From Nitrospirota bacterium (GTDB lineage: Bacteria > Nitrospirota > Leptospirillia > Leptospirillales > Leptospirillaceae), in contig DAIBTC010000001.1 in NCBI GenBank assembly GCA_027415345.1, positions 12,555-76,554 of the forward strand: a stretch of DNA of 64,000 nt, in the 5' to 3' direction. Positions 9,459-18,895 of this stretch are shown here, one piece after another; position 1 is the stretch's first letter; each line of letters starts with the position of its first letter. The position numbers were made by a program, and so were the translations under genes. The notes below the pieces were generated by a model. The model was not told the DNA's origin. It searched no databases and was given only the letters and a program-made list of their open reading frames with translations.

Positions 9459-9920
9459 ATGGCTGAAAGGACCTTTTCCCTGGAGGCTGTCCTGGCTCTC
9501 CGGGAGGCGGAGCTTGAGGCGGTCGAGCGCGATCTCGCCAATATCGGGAGGGAGCGGGCCCGGGAACAGGAGAAGACCCGGGAGATGCGTCGAAGGAAGG
9601 CGGCAGGGATCGCCTCCATCGAAGACGCCACCGGGAAAAGGGAGGCAGGGTTTCTTGTGGCCTTGTATGGCTGGCTTGAGCATATGGAGCTCCGGATCCG
9701 GGAGCAGGAGCAGAAGGAGCGTCTCATGGACGGGGAGCTCGAACGGGTCCGGGGGCTCTGGAAGAAGGCAAGGATGGAAAAGGAAAAGGTTCTCATTCTC
9801 CGGGAGCGTTTCCGCGGGGAAGAACGAAGGAGGGCCCTCCGAACTGAGGAGCGCTCCCTGGAGATCTGGATTGAGGCCAGGGAAGCGAACCGGAAGCTCT
9901 CCGGGAGAAGGGATCCATGA
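9459..9920 (+). CDS. fliJ: flagellar export chaperone/stalk protein FliJ
   Basis: About 153-aa highly charged coiled coil immediately after fliI; ATGA overlap with the next gene. Confidence 0.75.
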   Translation: MAERTFSLEAVLALREAELEAVERDLANIGRERAREQEKTREMRRRKAAGIASIEDATGKREAGFLVALYGWLEHMELRIREQEQKERLMDGELERVRGLWKKARMEKEKVLILRERFRGEERRRALRTEERSLEIWIEAREANRKLSGRRDP

Positions 9921-10393
9921 CGGACAGGAGGACAATGGCTCCGTTCCTCGGGAGGGTGGCGGTGACCTTGATGTTGTCTCTGCTTATCATTTCCGGGCAG
10001 GAGTCCCTTCCGGTCGCGGTCGCCGGAAGTTCCGGCCAGCCCGCGGCCTCCTCTAGCTCGGAGGAGCGTCGCCTGCTCCTGATGAAGCAGGACCTCGACC
10101 GGGAAATCGAGCGCAACAGGAAGATTCTTGCGGAGATCGACAAGAAGCTTGAGCTCTATCGTTCCCTCAGGAAAAAAAATGTCAGAAGGCTCATAAGGCT
10201 CTATGAATCGATGGCCCCACGGACGGCGGCCTCCCAGATCAATGCCATGCCGAAGTCTCTCCGGTTGACATTGTTTTCGGGAATGAATCCACGGAAGGCA
10301 TCACGCATCATGCAGTACGTGGACCCTCGCGTGGCGGCGGAAATCTCGGCCCAGATGGCTGGAGAATCCCGCGCACAGGGAGGCGGTCGTTGA
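9917..10393 (+). CDS. YlxF/MotE-like flagellar protein (MgtE_N-like C-terminal domain)
   Basis: N-terminal hydrophobic segment; C-terminal LIRLYESMAPRTAASQINAMP...ASRIMQYVDPRVAAEISAQM. Same fliJ-x-fliK position as B. subtilis ylxF. Confidence 0.6.
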   Translation: MTDRRTMAPFLGRVAVTLMLSLLIISGQESLPVAVAGSSGQPAASSSSEERRLLLMKQDLDREIERNRKILAEIDKKLELYRSLRKKNVRRLIRLYESMAPRTAASQINAMPKSLRLTLFSGMNPRKASRIMQYVDPRVAAEISAQMAGESRAQGGGR

Positions 10394-10417
10394 ACCTCTT
10401 TCGGAAGGGGCATCGTG

Positions 10418-11980
10418 ATGGGCACAGCACCAGCATCCATTTTAAGGAAAATTCCGGACTCGGGGGGAGCCAGGGAGCCGGAAGAGACATCTGCCAAGGA
10501 CAACCCTAAAGAACCGGCCGGCCCGGACTCTTCCAAGTCGACCCGTTCCGGAAAGGATGTCCGGTCGGACAAGACCTCGGGACACAGAAAGGGTTCCTTC
10601 GCCGCACTTTACCGGAGGGCTCTGGAAAAAAATGCCGGGCCTGTCCAGGAACCGGAGATCCCCCAGGAGGCTCCTCAAGGCCCTTCCGTCCGCCGGACGG
10701 GCTCCCGAAGCCTTCCTCCAAAATCTGCCGGCCATAGCCGGAAAAAGAAGGAAAATCCTTCAGAAGCGGCCCTTCTGCCGCTTCTGGAATCTCCCGCGGA
10801 ACTTTCCCGGAAAAAGGATCCGGCGGTCTCCCGCACCCCCCGGGAGGCCTCCGCCCGTCCCTCTCCTGCCCTGTGGGGACCTCTTGCCCTCACGAAGGAG
10901 GCTCCCTCTCCGTCAGTTGCAACCAGGACCAAGGTCATGTCTCCTCCGGCACCCCCCCCTTCTGTGGAAGGCCCGGAGGAGCGTCCCCTGCCGGAGGCAT
11001 TTCTTTCGCTTTCGGGCGAGTCCGGAAAGGCTGCCAGTTCCTCCCTGTCAGGAAAATCTCAGGCAATGTCTGCGGCTGGACTGAAAGATCTTCCAAAGGG
11101 AGAGAAGGATTCCTCCCAGAAAGAGAGTCGCCCGTCTCCGGACGCTATCACGGCGGGACGTCCACTTTTGCCCGAACCGGGCCCCCTTTTCGGAGAGACC
11201 CGCAAGCCCCTGGAGGAGATTCACTCTGCAACCGGAACCGGAGGATTTGCCTCCCAGGAAAAGGCGACACCGTTGACAGGAACATCCTCCCACGGATCCG
11301 GTGCGCATTCCGATTCTGCCTTTCAGTCAATGTCTTCCGGGGTGGCCGAGGGGGCAGGGGCCGGAGTGTCGGTCACCGGAGGTATGGAAAATTCCTCTGC
11401 CTCCCTTCCCGACGGCTTGTCCTCCCGCGTTGGGACGATGGCCCGGGAAGGGGGAGGGCAGGTGGCTCTCGAAGTGAAGCCACCCCACCTGGGCCCTGTC
11501 GGAGTCCGTGTCCATGTCGATCCCCACTCCCGGCTCGTGAGAGTCGAGCTTTCTTCCCATGATCCCCAGATCAGAAGTCTCCTGTCAGAAAAGGAGGGAA
11601 GCATCAAGGAATCGCTCTCACAAAGCGGATACGTTCTCGATCGCTTCCAGGTTGTCTCCCAGAGTCCCCCCGGTCCGGATTCTGCCTCAATGCAGGCAAT
11701 GGCCGGAGCCGGGCCCGGAGGAACAGGGGCCGGTTCCGAGGGAGGATCCTCTTCGGGAGACCAGGGATCCCTGATGGCCCAAGGCGGCTCCGGAGGGCAG
11801 GATCCGGGAGGCCAGGGGCGCCCGGAACCAGGGGCCGCCGGCCGGGAGGGAAACCGGGAAGGCTATTCTGGCGCCTCCGGGGGCGAAACCCCCGATCCGG
11901 ACCGGATGGCTGGGGGAATCCTTCCCGGAGAACCTGAGGGGGAAGGGGCAAAAAGCGCAGGGTATCACAGAATCGCCTGA
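10418..11980 (+). CDS. fliK: hook-length control protein FliK
   Basis: Pro/Ser/Ala-rich ruler region; C-terminal Flg_hook-type domain ALEVKPPHLGPVGVRVHVDPHSRLVRVELSS; precedes flgD. Confidence 0.8.
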   Translation: MGTAPASILRKIPDSGGAREPEETSAKDNPKEPAGPDSSKSTRSGKDVRSDKTSGHRKGSFAALYRRALEKNAGPVQEPEIPQEAPQGPSVRRTGSRSLPPKSAGHSRKKKENPSEAALLPLLESPAELSRKKDPAVSRTPREASARPSPALWGPLALTKEAPSPSVATRTKVMSPPAPPPSVEGPEERPLPEAFLSLSGESGKAASSSLSGKSQAMSAAGLKDLPKGEKDSSQKESRPSPDAITAGRPLLPEPGPLFGETRKPLEEIHSATGTGGFASQEKATPLTGTSSHGSGAHSDSAFQSMSSGVAEGAGAGVSVTGGMENSSASLPDGLSSRVGTMAREGGGQVALEVKPPHLGPVGVRVHVDPHSRLVRVELSSHDPQIRSLLSEKEGSIKESLSQSGYVLDRFQVVSQSPPGPDSASMQAMAGAGPGGTGAGSEGGSSSGDQGSLMAQGGSGGQDPGGQGRPEPGAAGREGNREGYSGASGGETPDPDRMAGGILPGEPEGEGAKSAGYHRIA

Positions 11981-12002
11981 TCCACTTTCTAAGGAGAAAC
12001 CC

Positions 12003-12833
12003 ATGATCGTCAAGACCCCGCAAAATGATATCCGGACAATCCGCAAAGAGTCAGAGAAACGACTCACGCCGGCCAAGCTTCCGCCTCCCCTGAAAAAGAA
12101 ACTGGGGATGGAGGATTACATGAACATCATGATCCGGCAGCTCCAGTACCAGGACCCCTTCCATCCGATGGACAACCGGAAGTTTGCCTCCCAGCTGGCC
12201 CAGTTTTCCCAGCTGGACCAGCTGGTCCACCTGAACAAGAAGATGGAGGGAATGGCAAGCCAGGGGAAGGAATCCGATTCCCTTCAGATGGTCGGATTCC
12301 TCGGACGGGAGGTCTTCCTGAAGGGAAACCGCTTCCTCAAGAGCCCCGGGGAATCCGCGAACCTCGTCTTCCGGCTTGATCGCCCTTCCGGGAAATCCAC
12401 CGTCTATATCTACGGAGCCAAGCACCAGCTGGTTCGGACGCTCAAGGTGGGGGCCATGGAGGCAGGAAATCAGCATGTGGCCTGGGACGGCCTGAGCAAC
12501 CGGGGAACGATGGCTCCGGCAGGAGGGTACGAATTCGAGGTTGTGGCCAAAGATGCCAGGAATCGTCCCGTTCCGGCCTCCCCCCTCCGGACGGGAATCG
12601 TCACGGGAGTTGTCTTTTCCGGAACCCGACCACGCCTCGAGGTCAACGGGGAGAAGGTCGACCTGTCGGACATCACCCATGTGGGCATCGTCCGGGGCCC
12701 TTCCGCCCCTCCCCGTCCTTTGGAAGCCTCTATCCCTCCTGTCGGGCATCATGTCCCCGGAGGGCGTCCCACACCGGCTCCCTATGCGAAAACGGCTGGA
12801 AAGTCGAAGCCCTCGATCCACCATACCCTCTAA
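12003..12833 (+). CDS. flgD: hook capping/scaffold protein FlgD
   Basis: MNIMIRQLQYQDPFHPMDNRKFASQLAQFSQLDQL FlgD N-terminal motif; SD AAGGAGA upstream. Confidence 0.9.
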   Translation: MIVKTPQNDIRTIRKESEKRLTPAKLPPPLKKKLGMEDYMNIMIRQLQYQDPFHPMDNRKFASQLAQFSQLDQLVHLNKKMEGMASQGKESDSLQMVGFLGREVFLKGNRFLKSPGESANLVFRLDRPSGKSTVYIYGAKHQLVRTLKVGAMEAGNQHVAWDGLSNRGTMAPAGGYEFEVVAKDARNRPVPASPLRTGIVTGVVFSGTRPRLEVNGEKVDLSDITHVGIVRGPSAPPRPLEASIPPVGHHVPGGRPTPAPYAKTAGKSKPSIHHTL

Positions 12834-12917
12834 CCCTGTCCCCTGACGCCTTCGGAGGGTCCGGAGGCCAGGGCAAAAGGCAGGCAACAACCATCATTTT
12901 GTCCAGGAGGAAATGCC

Positions 12918-14294
12918 ATGGGTATTCTTTCGTCGATGTATGTGGCCAACAGCGGGCTCTCCGCCATGGGAACCGACATGTCGGTGATCGGAAACAACAT
13001 CAGCAACATGAATACAGTGGGATTCAAGTCAGGGCGAGCTGTTTTTGCCAATATCTACGGACAGACCCTGGCCGGAAAATCCAATGCGGTCGGTCCGTCC
13101 CAGCCGGGATCCGGAGTCTATGTGGAATCGATCGAGCCGCTCTTTACCCAGGGGTCGGTTCAGTCCACAAGCAACGCCCTCGACCTCGCGATCCAGGGGA
13201 ACGGGTTCTTTTCCTTCCGGGATGCCAACGGAGCAATCCTCTATGGCCGGAATGGGGCCCTCTCTCTCGACAGGAACGGCAGGATCGTAGACCAGGGAGG
13301 GCATATCCTCCAGGGGTATTCCGCCGACGCCGCCGGGAGAATCCAGCCCAAGGTCGGGGATCTGGGAGTTCCCCAGTCGACCATTCCTCCCAAGGCCTCA
13401 CAGAACGTCTATTCCCGGATCAACCTCGATGCCAACATGACGGAAAAGCTGAAGGCCGGAAAGACCTTCTCGAAGTCGAGCAACATTTTCGACTCCCTCG
13501 GAATCGAGCATCTTCTGACCTACAAGTTCCACCCCACCAATACCGTCGGACAGTGGGCGGTGGAAGCGACCCTCGACGGAGCGAAGCTGACCAAGGGAGG
13601 GGGAAGCGTCACCTATACCTCCTCTGCCGGAGGAAAGGCCACAACCATTAACGGGATGGTGGCCATGGTCAATTTTGACGGCAACGGCAACGTGGCCAAA
13701 GTCAACTACGGAGGATCCCCCACCAAGCTCGATGCCTCCGGGGTCCAGAGCGTGGACTACACCATGGCGCTCGACGACAAGGCCTCCACGCCGGTCACCC
13801 TGGCCCTCTTCATCCCCAAGCCCGGACAGAAGGTGCCGGAAAACACCAAGGACGGGATCACCCGCCAGGTTCTTGACCTGACCCAGTATGCCGAGCCTTC
13901 CACGACGATCGAGGAGACCCAGGACGGATACAAGGCGGGAGACCTGTCGAACATCGCCATTGACCGGGCGGGTCGGATTGTGGGCTCCTTTTCAAACGGG
14001 ACGGAGCACAACCTGGGAGCGATCGCCGTTTCGACCTTCAACAACCCCAACGGTCTTGTCAGCATCGGGGCCAATCTCTACCAGGAAAGCATCGGGTCCG
14101 GAATCGCCAATATCGGCCGTGCCAACCAGGGGGGCCGGGGCCAGGTTCTGGCGAATTCGCTTGAACAATCCAATGTTGATCTCGGCCGTCAAATGATTGA
14201 CATGATTTCGGCGGAAAGAGGGTACCAGGCCAACGCCTCGGTCATATCCGCCGATAATCAGCTTATGAACACTCTTTTGACGCGTATCGGATAA
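12918..14294 (+). CDS. flgE: flagellar hook protein FlgE
   Basis: N-terminus MGILSSMYVANSGLSAMG..IGNNISNMNTVGFK; C-terminus SNVDLGRQMIDMISAERGYQANASVISADNQLMNTLL. Confidence 0.95.
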   Translation: MGILSSMYVANSGLSAMGTDMSVIGNNISNMNTVGFKSGRAVFANIYGQTLAGKSNAVGPSQPGSGVYVESIEPLFTQGSVQSTSNALDLAIQGNGFFSFRDANGAILYGRNGALSLDRNGRIVDQGGHILQGYSADAAGRIQPKVGDLGVPQSTIPPKASQNVYSRINLDANMTEKLKAGKTFSKSSNIFDSLGIEHLLTYKFHPTNTVGQWAVEATLDGAKLTKGGGSVTYTSSAGGKATTINGMVAMVNFDGNGNVAKVNYGGSPTKLDASGVQSVDYTMALDDKASTPVTLALFIPKPGQKVPENTKDGITRQVLDLTQYAEPSTTIEETQDGYKAGDLSNIAIDRAGRIVGSFSNGTEHNLGAIAVSTFNNPNGLVSIGANLYQESIGSGIANIGRANQGGRGQVLANSLEQSNVDLGRQMIDMISAERGYQANASVISADNQLMNTLLTRIG

Positions 14295-14324
14295 GTTCGA
14301 AACAGCAATATCCTGTCCTCTTTT

Positions 14325-14362
14325 AAGGGTCTTCCGGAGCCGGCTCCGGAAGACCCTTTTTC
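14325..14362 (+). terminator. rho-independent terminator after flgE
   Basis: Perfect 34-nt palindrome AAGGGTCTTCCGGAGCCGGCTCCGGAAGACCCTT followed by a T run. Confidence 0.8.
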
Positions 14363-14365
14363 AAT

Positions 14366-14381
14366 TGGTACAGCTTTTGCT
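14366..14381 (+). promoter_or_regulatory. sigma-54 (-24/-12) promoter of the fliL operon
   Basis: TGGTACAGCTTTTGCT with GG/GC at canonical spacing, directly after the flgE terminator. Confidence 0.65.
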
Positions 14382-14468
14382 AATTTATAGGCAGAAGAAG
14401 GTGGCGGAACGGCTTCCGGAGAGACCCTGCGGTTGTCCGGAGAATCGGAACCAATTCGGGAGAGCGCG

Positions 14469-14978
14469 ATGGCTGACGAGGAAGAAGGCGGAGAAGAACA
14501 GGGAGAAGAGAAAAAGGGCTCCAAAAAGCTGGTGGTCATTGCCGTGGCGGCGATCTTGCTTCTCCTGGGAGGAGGGGGAGCCTTTTTCTTCCTCCACCAC
14601 AAGAAAAAGGCAGAGAATCACGAGCACCTCCATCACTTGACCCCCAAGGAGATGGAGAAGATGATCAAGGAACATCCGATCGTCGATCTCAAGCCCTTCG
14701 TTGTCAACCTCTCCGGTCCGGCCGGCTCCGCACCTCAATACCTGAAGATACGGATCGCCCTCAAGCTTGACAGGGCGCTGACGTCCAAGGAGATCGACTA
14801 CCGGCTGCCCGAGATCCAGAGCGCGATCCTGATCCTTCTCGGGGCCCAGACGGTGGGAGACCTCCAATCGACGGGGGGAAAACTCGCCCTGAAGGATGAA
14901 ATCCGCCACAGGATCAATGCCAGGCTCGACTCGGGAAAGGTGACCGATGTCTACTTTACCGAATTTGTGATCCAGTAG
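14469..14978 (+). CDS. fliL: flagellar basal body-associated protein FliL
   Basis: Acidic N-terminus, one TM helix, FliL domain (LKIRIALKLD...ALKDEIRHRIN...VTDVYFTEFVIQ). ATG 14469 preferred over TTG 14433. Confidence 0.85.
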   Translation: MADEEEGGEEQGEEKKGSKKLVVIAVAAILLLLGGGGAFFFLHHKKKAENHEHLHHLTPKEMEKMIKEHPIVDLKPFVVNLSGPAGSAPQYLKIRIALKLDRALTSKEIDYRLPEIQSAILILLGAQTVGDLQSTGGKLALKDEIRHRINARLDSGKVTDVYFTEFVIQ

Positions 14979-15033
14979 GGAAAGGTCGGCCGGCATGGTC
15001 GGTCTCTTTTAATTCACAGGAATGGGAGGAACG

Positions 15034-15411
15034 ATGGCAGACGAACCGCTTGACGAGGAGGCCCTGGCCCGGGCCTGGGAAGAGGACCTGGCCAAGAATG
15101 ACGCAGGAAAAGACCGGGACGAATCCTCCGGGCCTCCGAAGACACATGAACCTCCGCTGAGCCTGGATTATCTTCTGGACGTGCCTCTGACCATCTCTGT
15201 CCGGGTGGGCGAGTCCCGGATGCTGATCAAGGATCTCCTCCAGCTGGGTCAGGGGTCGGTTGTCGAGCTGGACAAGCTGGCAGGGGAACCCATGGAGGTT
15301 CTGATCAACGATCAGCTGGTGGCCAGGGGGGATGTGGTCCTTGTCAACGACAAGTACGGAATCCGTCTGACCGACATCGTCAGCCCTATTGACCGGGTGA
15401 AGAAGCTCTGA
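15034..15411 (+). CDS. fliN: flagellar motor switch protein FliN
   Basis: SpoA/FliN domain LLDVPLTISVRVGESRMLIKDLLQLGQGSVVELDKLAGEPMEVLINDQLVARGDVVLVNDKYGIRLTDIV; SD GGGAGGA before ATG 15034. Confidence 0.9.
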   Translation: MADEPLDEEALARAWEEDLAKNDAGKDRDESSGPPKTHEPPLSLDYLLDVPLTISVRVGESRMLIKDLLQLGQGSVVELDKLAGEPMEVLINDQLVARGDVVLVNDKYGIRLTDIVSPIDRVKKL

Positions 15412-15450
15412 TCCCGGTTTTTGGGGATCCATGCACAGGGAGGAAGATTC

Positions 15451-15939
15451 ATGATCACGACGTCCCAGGGACACGACGCGAGTCTTTTGCTTATCGGAGC
15501 CAAGCTTGCTGGGTCCTTGTTCTTTGTTCTGGCTCTTTTCCTCGTGGGAGTGTGGCTGGTGCGCCTCCTTCAGCGCCAGAAGCTGATCTCTCCCCGGAAG
15601 CCGGAAAACGAGATTGAAATCAAGTCGACACGGTCTCTCGGTCCCCGCTCCCAGATTGCCCTTGTGAGCGTCGGAGGAAACTCCTTTCTTGTGGGAATCG
15701 CCCCCTCGGGAATCTCCCTTTTGGGAAAGATCGACGAATCATCCCCCCGGTCCGCTCCTCCCGCGACAACCCCTTCCGTCTCCTCCCGTCCCCCGGCCCA
15801 GGCTCCGTCATCCTCCGGCCGGGAGGCAGGATCTGATCCGACCTCTTTCGATGCCGCCGTACGGGAGGCCCTGGACCGAATCGGGGCTCTTTCAAGGGAA
15901 CGCTCCTCCCGCGAAAGGACGAGTCGGTGGACGGTTTGA
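15451..15939 (+). CDS. fliO: flagellar export apparatus protein FliO
   Basis: Single TM helix plus [29 protein letters not shown] FliO-type motif; located between fliN and fliP. Confidence 0.75.
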   Translation: MITTSQGHDASLLLIGAKLAGSLFFVLALFLVGVWLVRLLQRQKLISPRKPENEIEIKSTRSLGPRSQIALVSVGGNSFLVGIAPSGISLLGKIDESSPRSAPPATTPSVSSRPPAQAPSSSGREAGSDPTSFDAAVREALDRIGALSRERSSRERTSRWTV

Positions 15940-16727
15940 AATCGGGATCCGGCAGGGTCGCCCTGACGTTTTTGGTAGTCCTGGGACTTCTTGGCGCCTG
16001 GCCGGAGATGGGTCTGGCAAAAGATCTCACGGTTGCCCCCGTGGCACCCCTTCCCGACATCCACCTCTCCTTCGGAAACGGGAATCCGGAACCCTCCCAG
16101 GTGGCGATGACGGTCGAGCTCTTCCTTCTTCTGACCGTTCTCTCCCTGGCCCCGGCCATCCTGGTGATGATGACCTCGTTTACGAGGATCGTGGTGGTCC
16201 TTTCCTTTCTTAGACAGGCCCTCGGGACGGCTCAGGTCCCTCCCAACCAGGTCCTGATCGGGCTCTCCCTCTTCCTGACCTTCTTCATCATGGCTCCGGT
16301 CTGGCAGACCATGAACAGGACTGCGATCACCCCTTATCTGGACAAAAAGATCGGCTCCGATGAGGCGCTGGCCCGGGGGATGGCCCCGGTCCGGGAATTC
16401 ATGTTCCGCCAGGTGCGGAAAAAGGATCTGGCCATGTTCGAACGGATCGCCCACCTGCCGGAGAGCCCGAAGACACGGGAGGAAATCCCCACCTACGTCC
16501 TGATCCCGGCCTTTGTGGTGAGCGAACTTTCTACCGCCTTCGAGATGGGCTTCATGATCTATCTTCCCTTTCTCATCCTCGATGTGGTGGTCTCCTCGGT
16601 CCTGATGTCCATGGGTATGATGATGCTGCCGCCGACCGTGGTCTCTCTTCCCTTCAAGATATTGCTTTTTGTCCTGGTGGACGGGTGGAACCTGATCATA
16701 GGCTCCCTTGTCCAGAGCTTTCACTAG
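15927..16727 (+). CDS. fliP: flagellar export gate protein FliP
   Basis: [19 protein letters not shown] and [23 protein letters not shown] signatures. Confidence 0.97.
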   Translation: MDGLKSGSGRVALTFLVVLGLLGAWPEMGLAKDLTVAPVAPLPDIHLSFGNGNPEPSQVAMTVELFLLLTVLSLAPAILVMMTSFTRIVVVLSFLRQALGTAQVPPNQVLIGLSLFLTFFIMAPVWQTMNRTAITPYLDKKIGSDEALARGMAPVREFMFRQVRKKDLAMFERIAHLPESPKTREEIPTYVLIPAFVVSELSTAFEMGFMIYLPFLILDVVVSSVLMSMGMMMLPPTVVSLPFKILLFVLVDGWNLIIGSLVQSFH

Positions 16728-16738
16728 AGGAGGAGCCC

Positions 16739-17008
16739 GTGACTCTCCAGACTGCCGTGGACCTGACCCATGAAGCCATGCGAGTGGCCCTCGTCCTGAC
16801 CCTTCCTATCCTTCTTGTGAGTCTTCTGGTGGGGGTGGTGATCAGCCTTCTCCAGGCGGTAACCCAGATCAACGAGATGACCCTCTCCTTCCTTCCCAAG
16901 GTGGCCGCGGTGGGAGGGGTCCTGCTGGCCCTCATGCCCTGGATGGTCCGCCTGATGGTGGACTATACCCAGGGTCTCTTTGCCCAGCTTCCGGGACTGA
17001 CGCGGTGA
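16739..17008 (+). CDS. fliQ: flagellar export gate protein FliQ
   Basis: 89-aa two-TM protein; GTG 16739 follows SD GAGGAGG (listed ORF starts upstream at 16685, inside fliP). Confidence 0.92.
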   Translation: MTLQTAVDLTHEAMRVALVLTLPILLVSLLVGVVISLLQAVTQINEMTLSFLPKVAAVGGVLLALMPWMVRLMVDYTQGLFAQLPGLTR

Positions 17009-17814
17009 ACACCAGCCCTTTTCTGCACCTTTTTTCTTTTTCCCGATTTGATCCGGAACTTTTCGTCCTGATTCTCTCAAGGACGAGTGGGGTCCTGATC
17101 GCGATGCCCGCATTCTCGGCCAGGGCCGTCCCCACCCGGATCAAGGCTCTGGCGGCGGTTGCTCTGTCAGCCCTCCTGTTTCCCCTGATCGGGGGGCATA
17201 TCCCCTTCCGGGATACCGGGTACGACACCCTTCTCCTTGATATTGCCTCGGAATTCCTCATCGGGATTTCCATCGGCTTCTGCGCCTATCTGATCTTTGC
17301 GGCGGTTGCTCTGGGGGGACAGCTCGCAGGGGTCCAGGCCGGCTTTGGCATCGTGGATGTCATTAATCCCCTGGGTGTGGCGGAGGTTCCTCTCCTGGGA
17401 AATTTCCAGACCCAGGTGGCATTCCTCGTCTTTCTTGCCACAAATGCCCAGTACGCCCTTCTCTGGACCCTGGCCCGTTCCTATGAGGTGATCAATGTCG
17501 GGGGAGGCCGTTTTTCCGACACCTATTTTTCCGGAATCGCCCACCTTTTCGGAGGGATGATGACCCTCGGGCTGGTCCTGGCCTCTCCCTTCATTGTCGG
17601 GGGGCTGGTCTTAAATCTTGTGCTGGGATTTCTGTCGAAGATGATGCCCCAGATGAACCTCATCTCGCTGGGACTTCCTGTGATGGTTCTGGGAGGCCTT
17701 CTCCTGACCCTTCTGGGCCTTCCGTTTTTCACAGCCGTCCTGGCCCGGTCCATGGGCGGACTGGGCGTGACCCTGGACGACCTTCTCAAGGTGATGGCAG
17801 GCCATGGCGGATAA
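17005..17814 (+). CDS. fliR: flagellar export gate protein FliR
   Basis: 269-aa polytopic membrane protein; GTGA overlap with fliQ; followed by flhB. Confidence 0.9.
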   Translation: MNTSPFLHLFSFSRFDPELFVLILSRTSGVLIAMPAFSARAVPTRIKALAAVALSALLFPLIGGHIPFRDTGYDTLLLDIASEFLIGISIGFCAYLIFAAVALGGQLAGVQAGFGIVDVINPLGVAEVPLLGNFQTQVAFLVFLATNAQYALLWTLARSYEVINVGGGRFSDTYFSGIAHLFGGMMTLGLVLASPFIVGGLVLNLVLGFLSKMMPQMNLISLGLPVMVLGGLLLTLLGLPFFTAVLARSMGGLGVTLDDLLKVMAGHGG

Positions 17815-18892
17815 CGACAGCTCCGGTCAGCTTAAACAGGAGGAACCGACCAGCCGGCGCCTCGAAAAGGCGCGCGAGGAAGGCCAGGTCGCCCGTAGTC
17901 GGGAGGTCGGATACCTCTTCTTTCTGATGGCGGCCCTGATCCTCATGGTCGGCTACGGGTCAAGGCTCATCACGAATCTCCGGGCGGACATGGCCTTCTA
18001 TTTCAGCCATGCCGGAACCCTGCGGGTCTCCGCGGATTCGATCACGCCCTTTGTCAAGGGGCTGGTCTTCCGCGAAATGGCCACGACCCTTCCCGTTCTC
18101 CTGGGATTCCTTCTTTTCGGTGTCGCCGCATTCCTGGTCCAGGGAGGATTTGTCTGGAGTCCGAAGGCCGCATCGATCCGATGGAACCGGATCTCTCCGG
18201 GCCAGGGAGTCCGGCGCCTCTTTTCGATCCGCTCCCTGGAGGAACTCTTCCGATATCTCATCAAGGTGACGCTCTCCCTTCTCATCCTTTTCTATGCCCT
18301 AGAGAAAAACTGGCTCACTCTTCCCGCCCTTGTCGAGACGGGGCCCCACCGGATGATCGGCGCCCTCTACCGGATGTCCTTCCTCGTCCTTGTGGCCTTT
18401 CTCCCGCTCTATCTGGCCTTGGGGCTCGGGGACTACCTCTTCCAGCGCTTTGTCCTGATGAGGAGCCTCAGGATGACCCGCACGGAGGTCAAGGAGGAGA
18501 CAAAGGAGACCGAAGGAGATCCCCAGGTCCGGGCCCGGATCCGGTCGATCCAGAGAGCGATGGCGAGACGGCGCATGATGTCCAAGATCAAGGGGGCCAC
18601 GGTCGTCATCACGAACCCGACTCATTTTGCCGTAGTCCTTCGGTACCATCCGGAGACGATGGTTGCGCCTGTCCTTGTCGCCAAGGGTGCGGACGAGGTG
18701 GCCTTCCGGATCCGGGAAGCCGCCCGGGAACTCGGTGTTCCCGTGGTGGAGGATCCGCCGTTGGCCCGGGGCCTTTACCGGGACTGTCGTCTTGACCGGG
18801 AGATCCCGGTCTCCTTCTATGCGGCCGTCGCCCGGATTCTTTCAATCCTTTACCAGAGAGCCGGCGGGCCGGCTCCCGTCAGGGAAGGGTAG
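17804..18892 (+). CDS. flhB: flagellar export switch protein FlhB
   Basis: N-terminal TM domain; autocleavage motif NPTH (VVITNPTHFAVVLRY). Confidence 0.95.
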   Translation: MADNDSSGQLKQEEPTSRRLEKAREEGQVARSREVGYLFFLMAALILMVGYGSRLITNLRADMAFYFSHAGTLRVSADSITPFVKGLVFREMATTLPVLLGFLLFGVAAFLVQGGFVWSPKAASIRWNRISPGQGVRRLFSIRSLEELFRYLIKVTLSLLILFYALEKNWLTLPALVETGPHRMIGALYRMSFLVLVAFLPLYLALGLGDYLFQRFVLMRSLRMTRTEVKEETKETEGDPQVRARIRSIQRAMARRRMMSKIKGATVVITNPTHFAVVLRYHPETMVAPVLVAKGADEVAFRIREAARELGVPVVEDPPLARGLYRDCRLDREIPVSFYAAVARILSILYQRAGGPAPVREG

Positions 18893-18895
18893 ACC

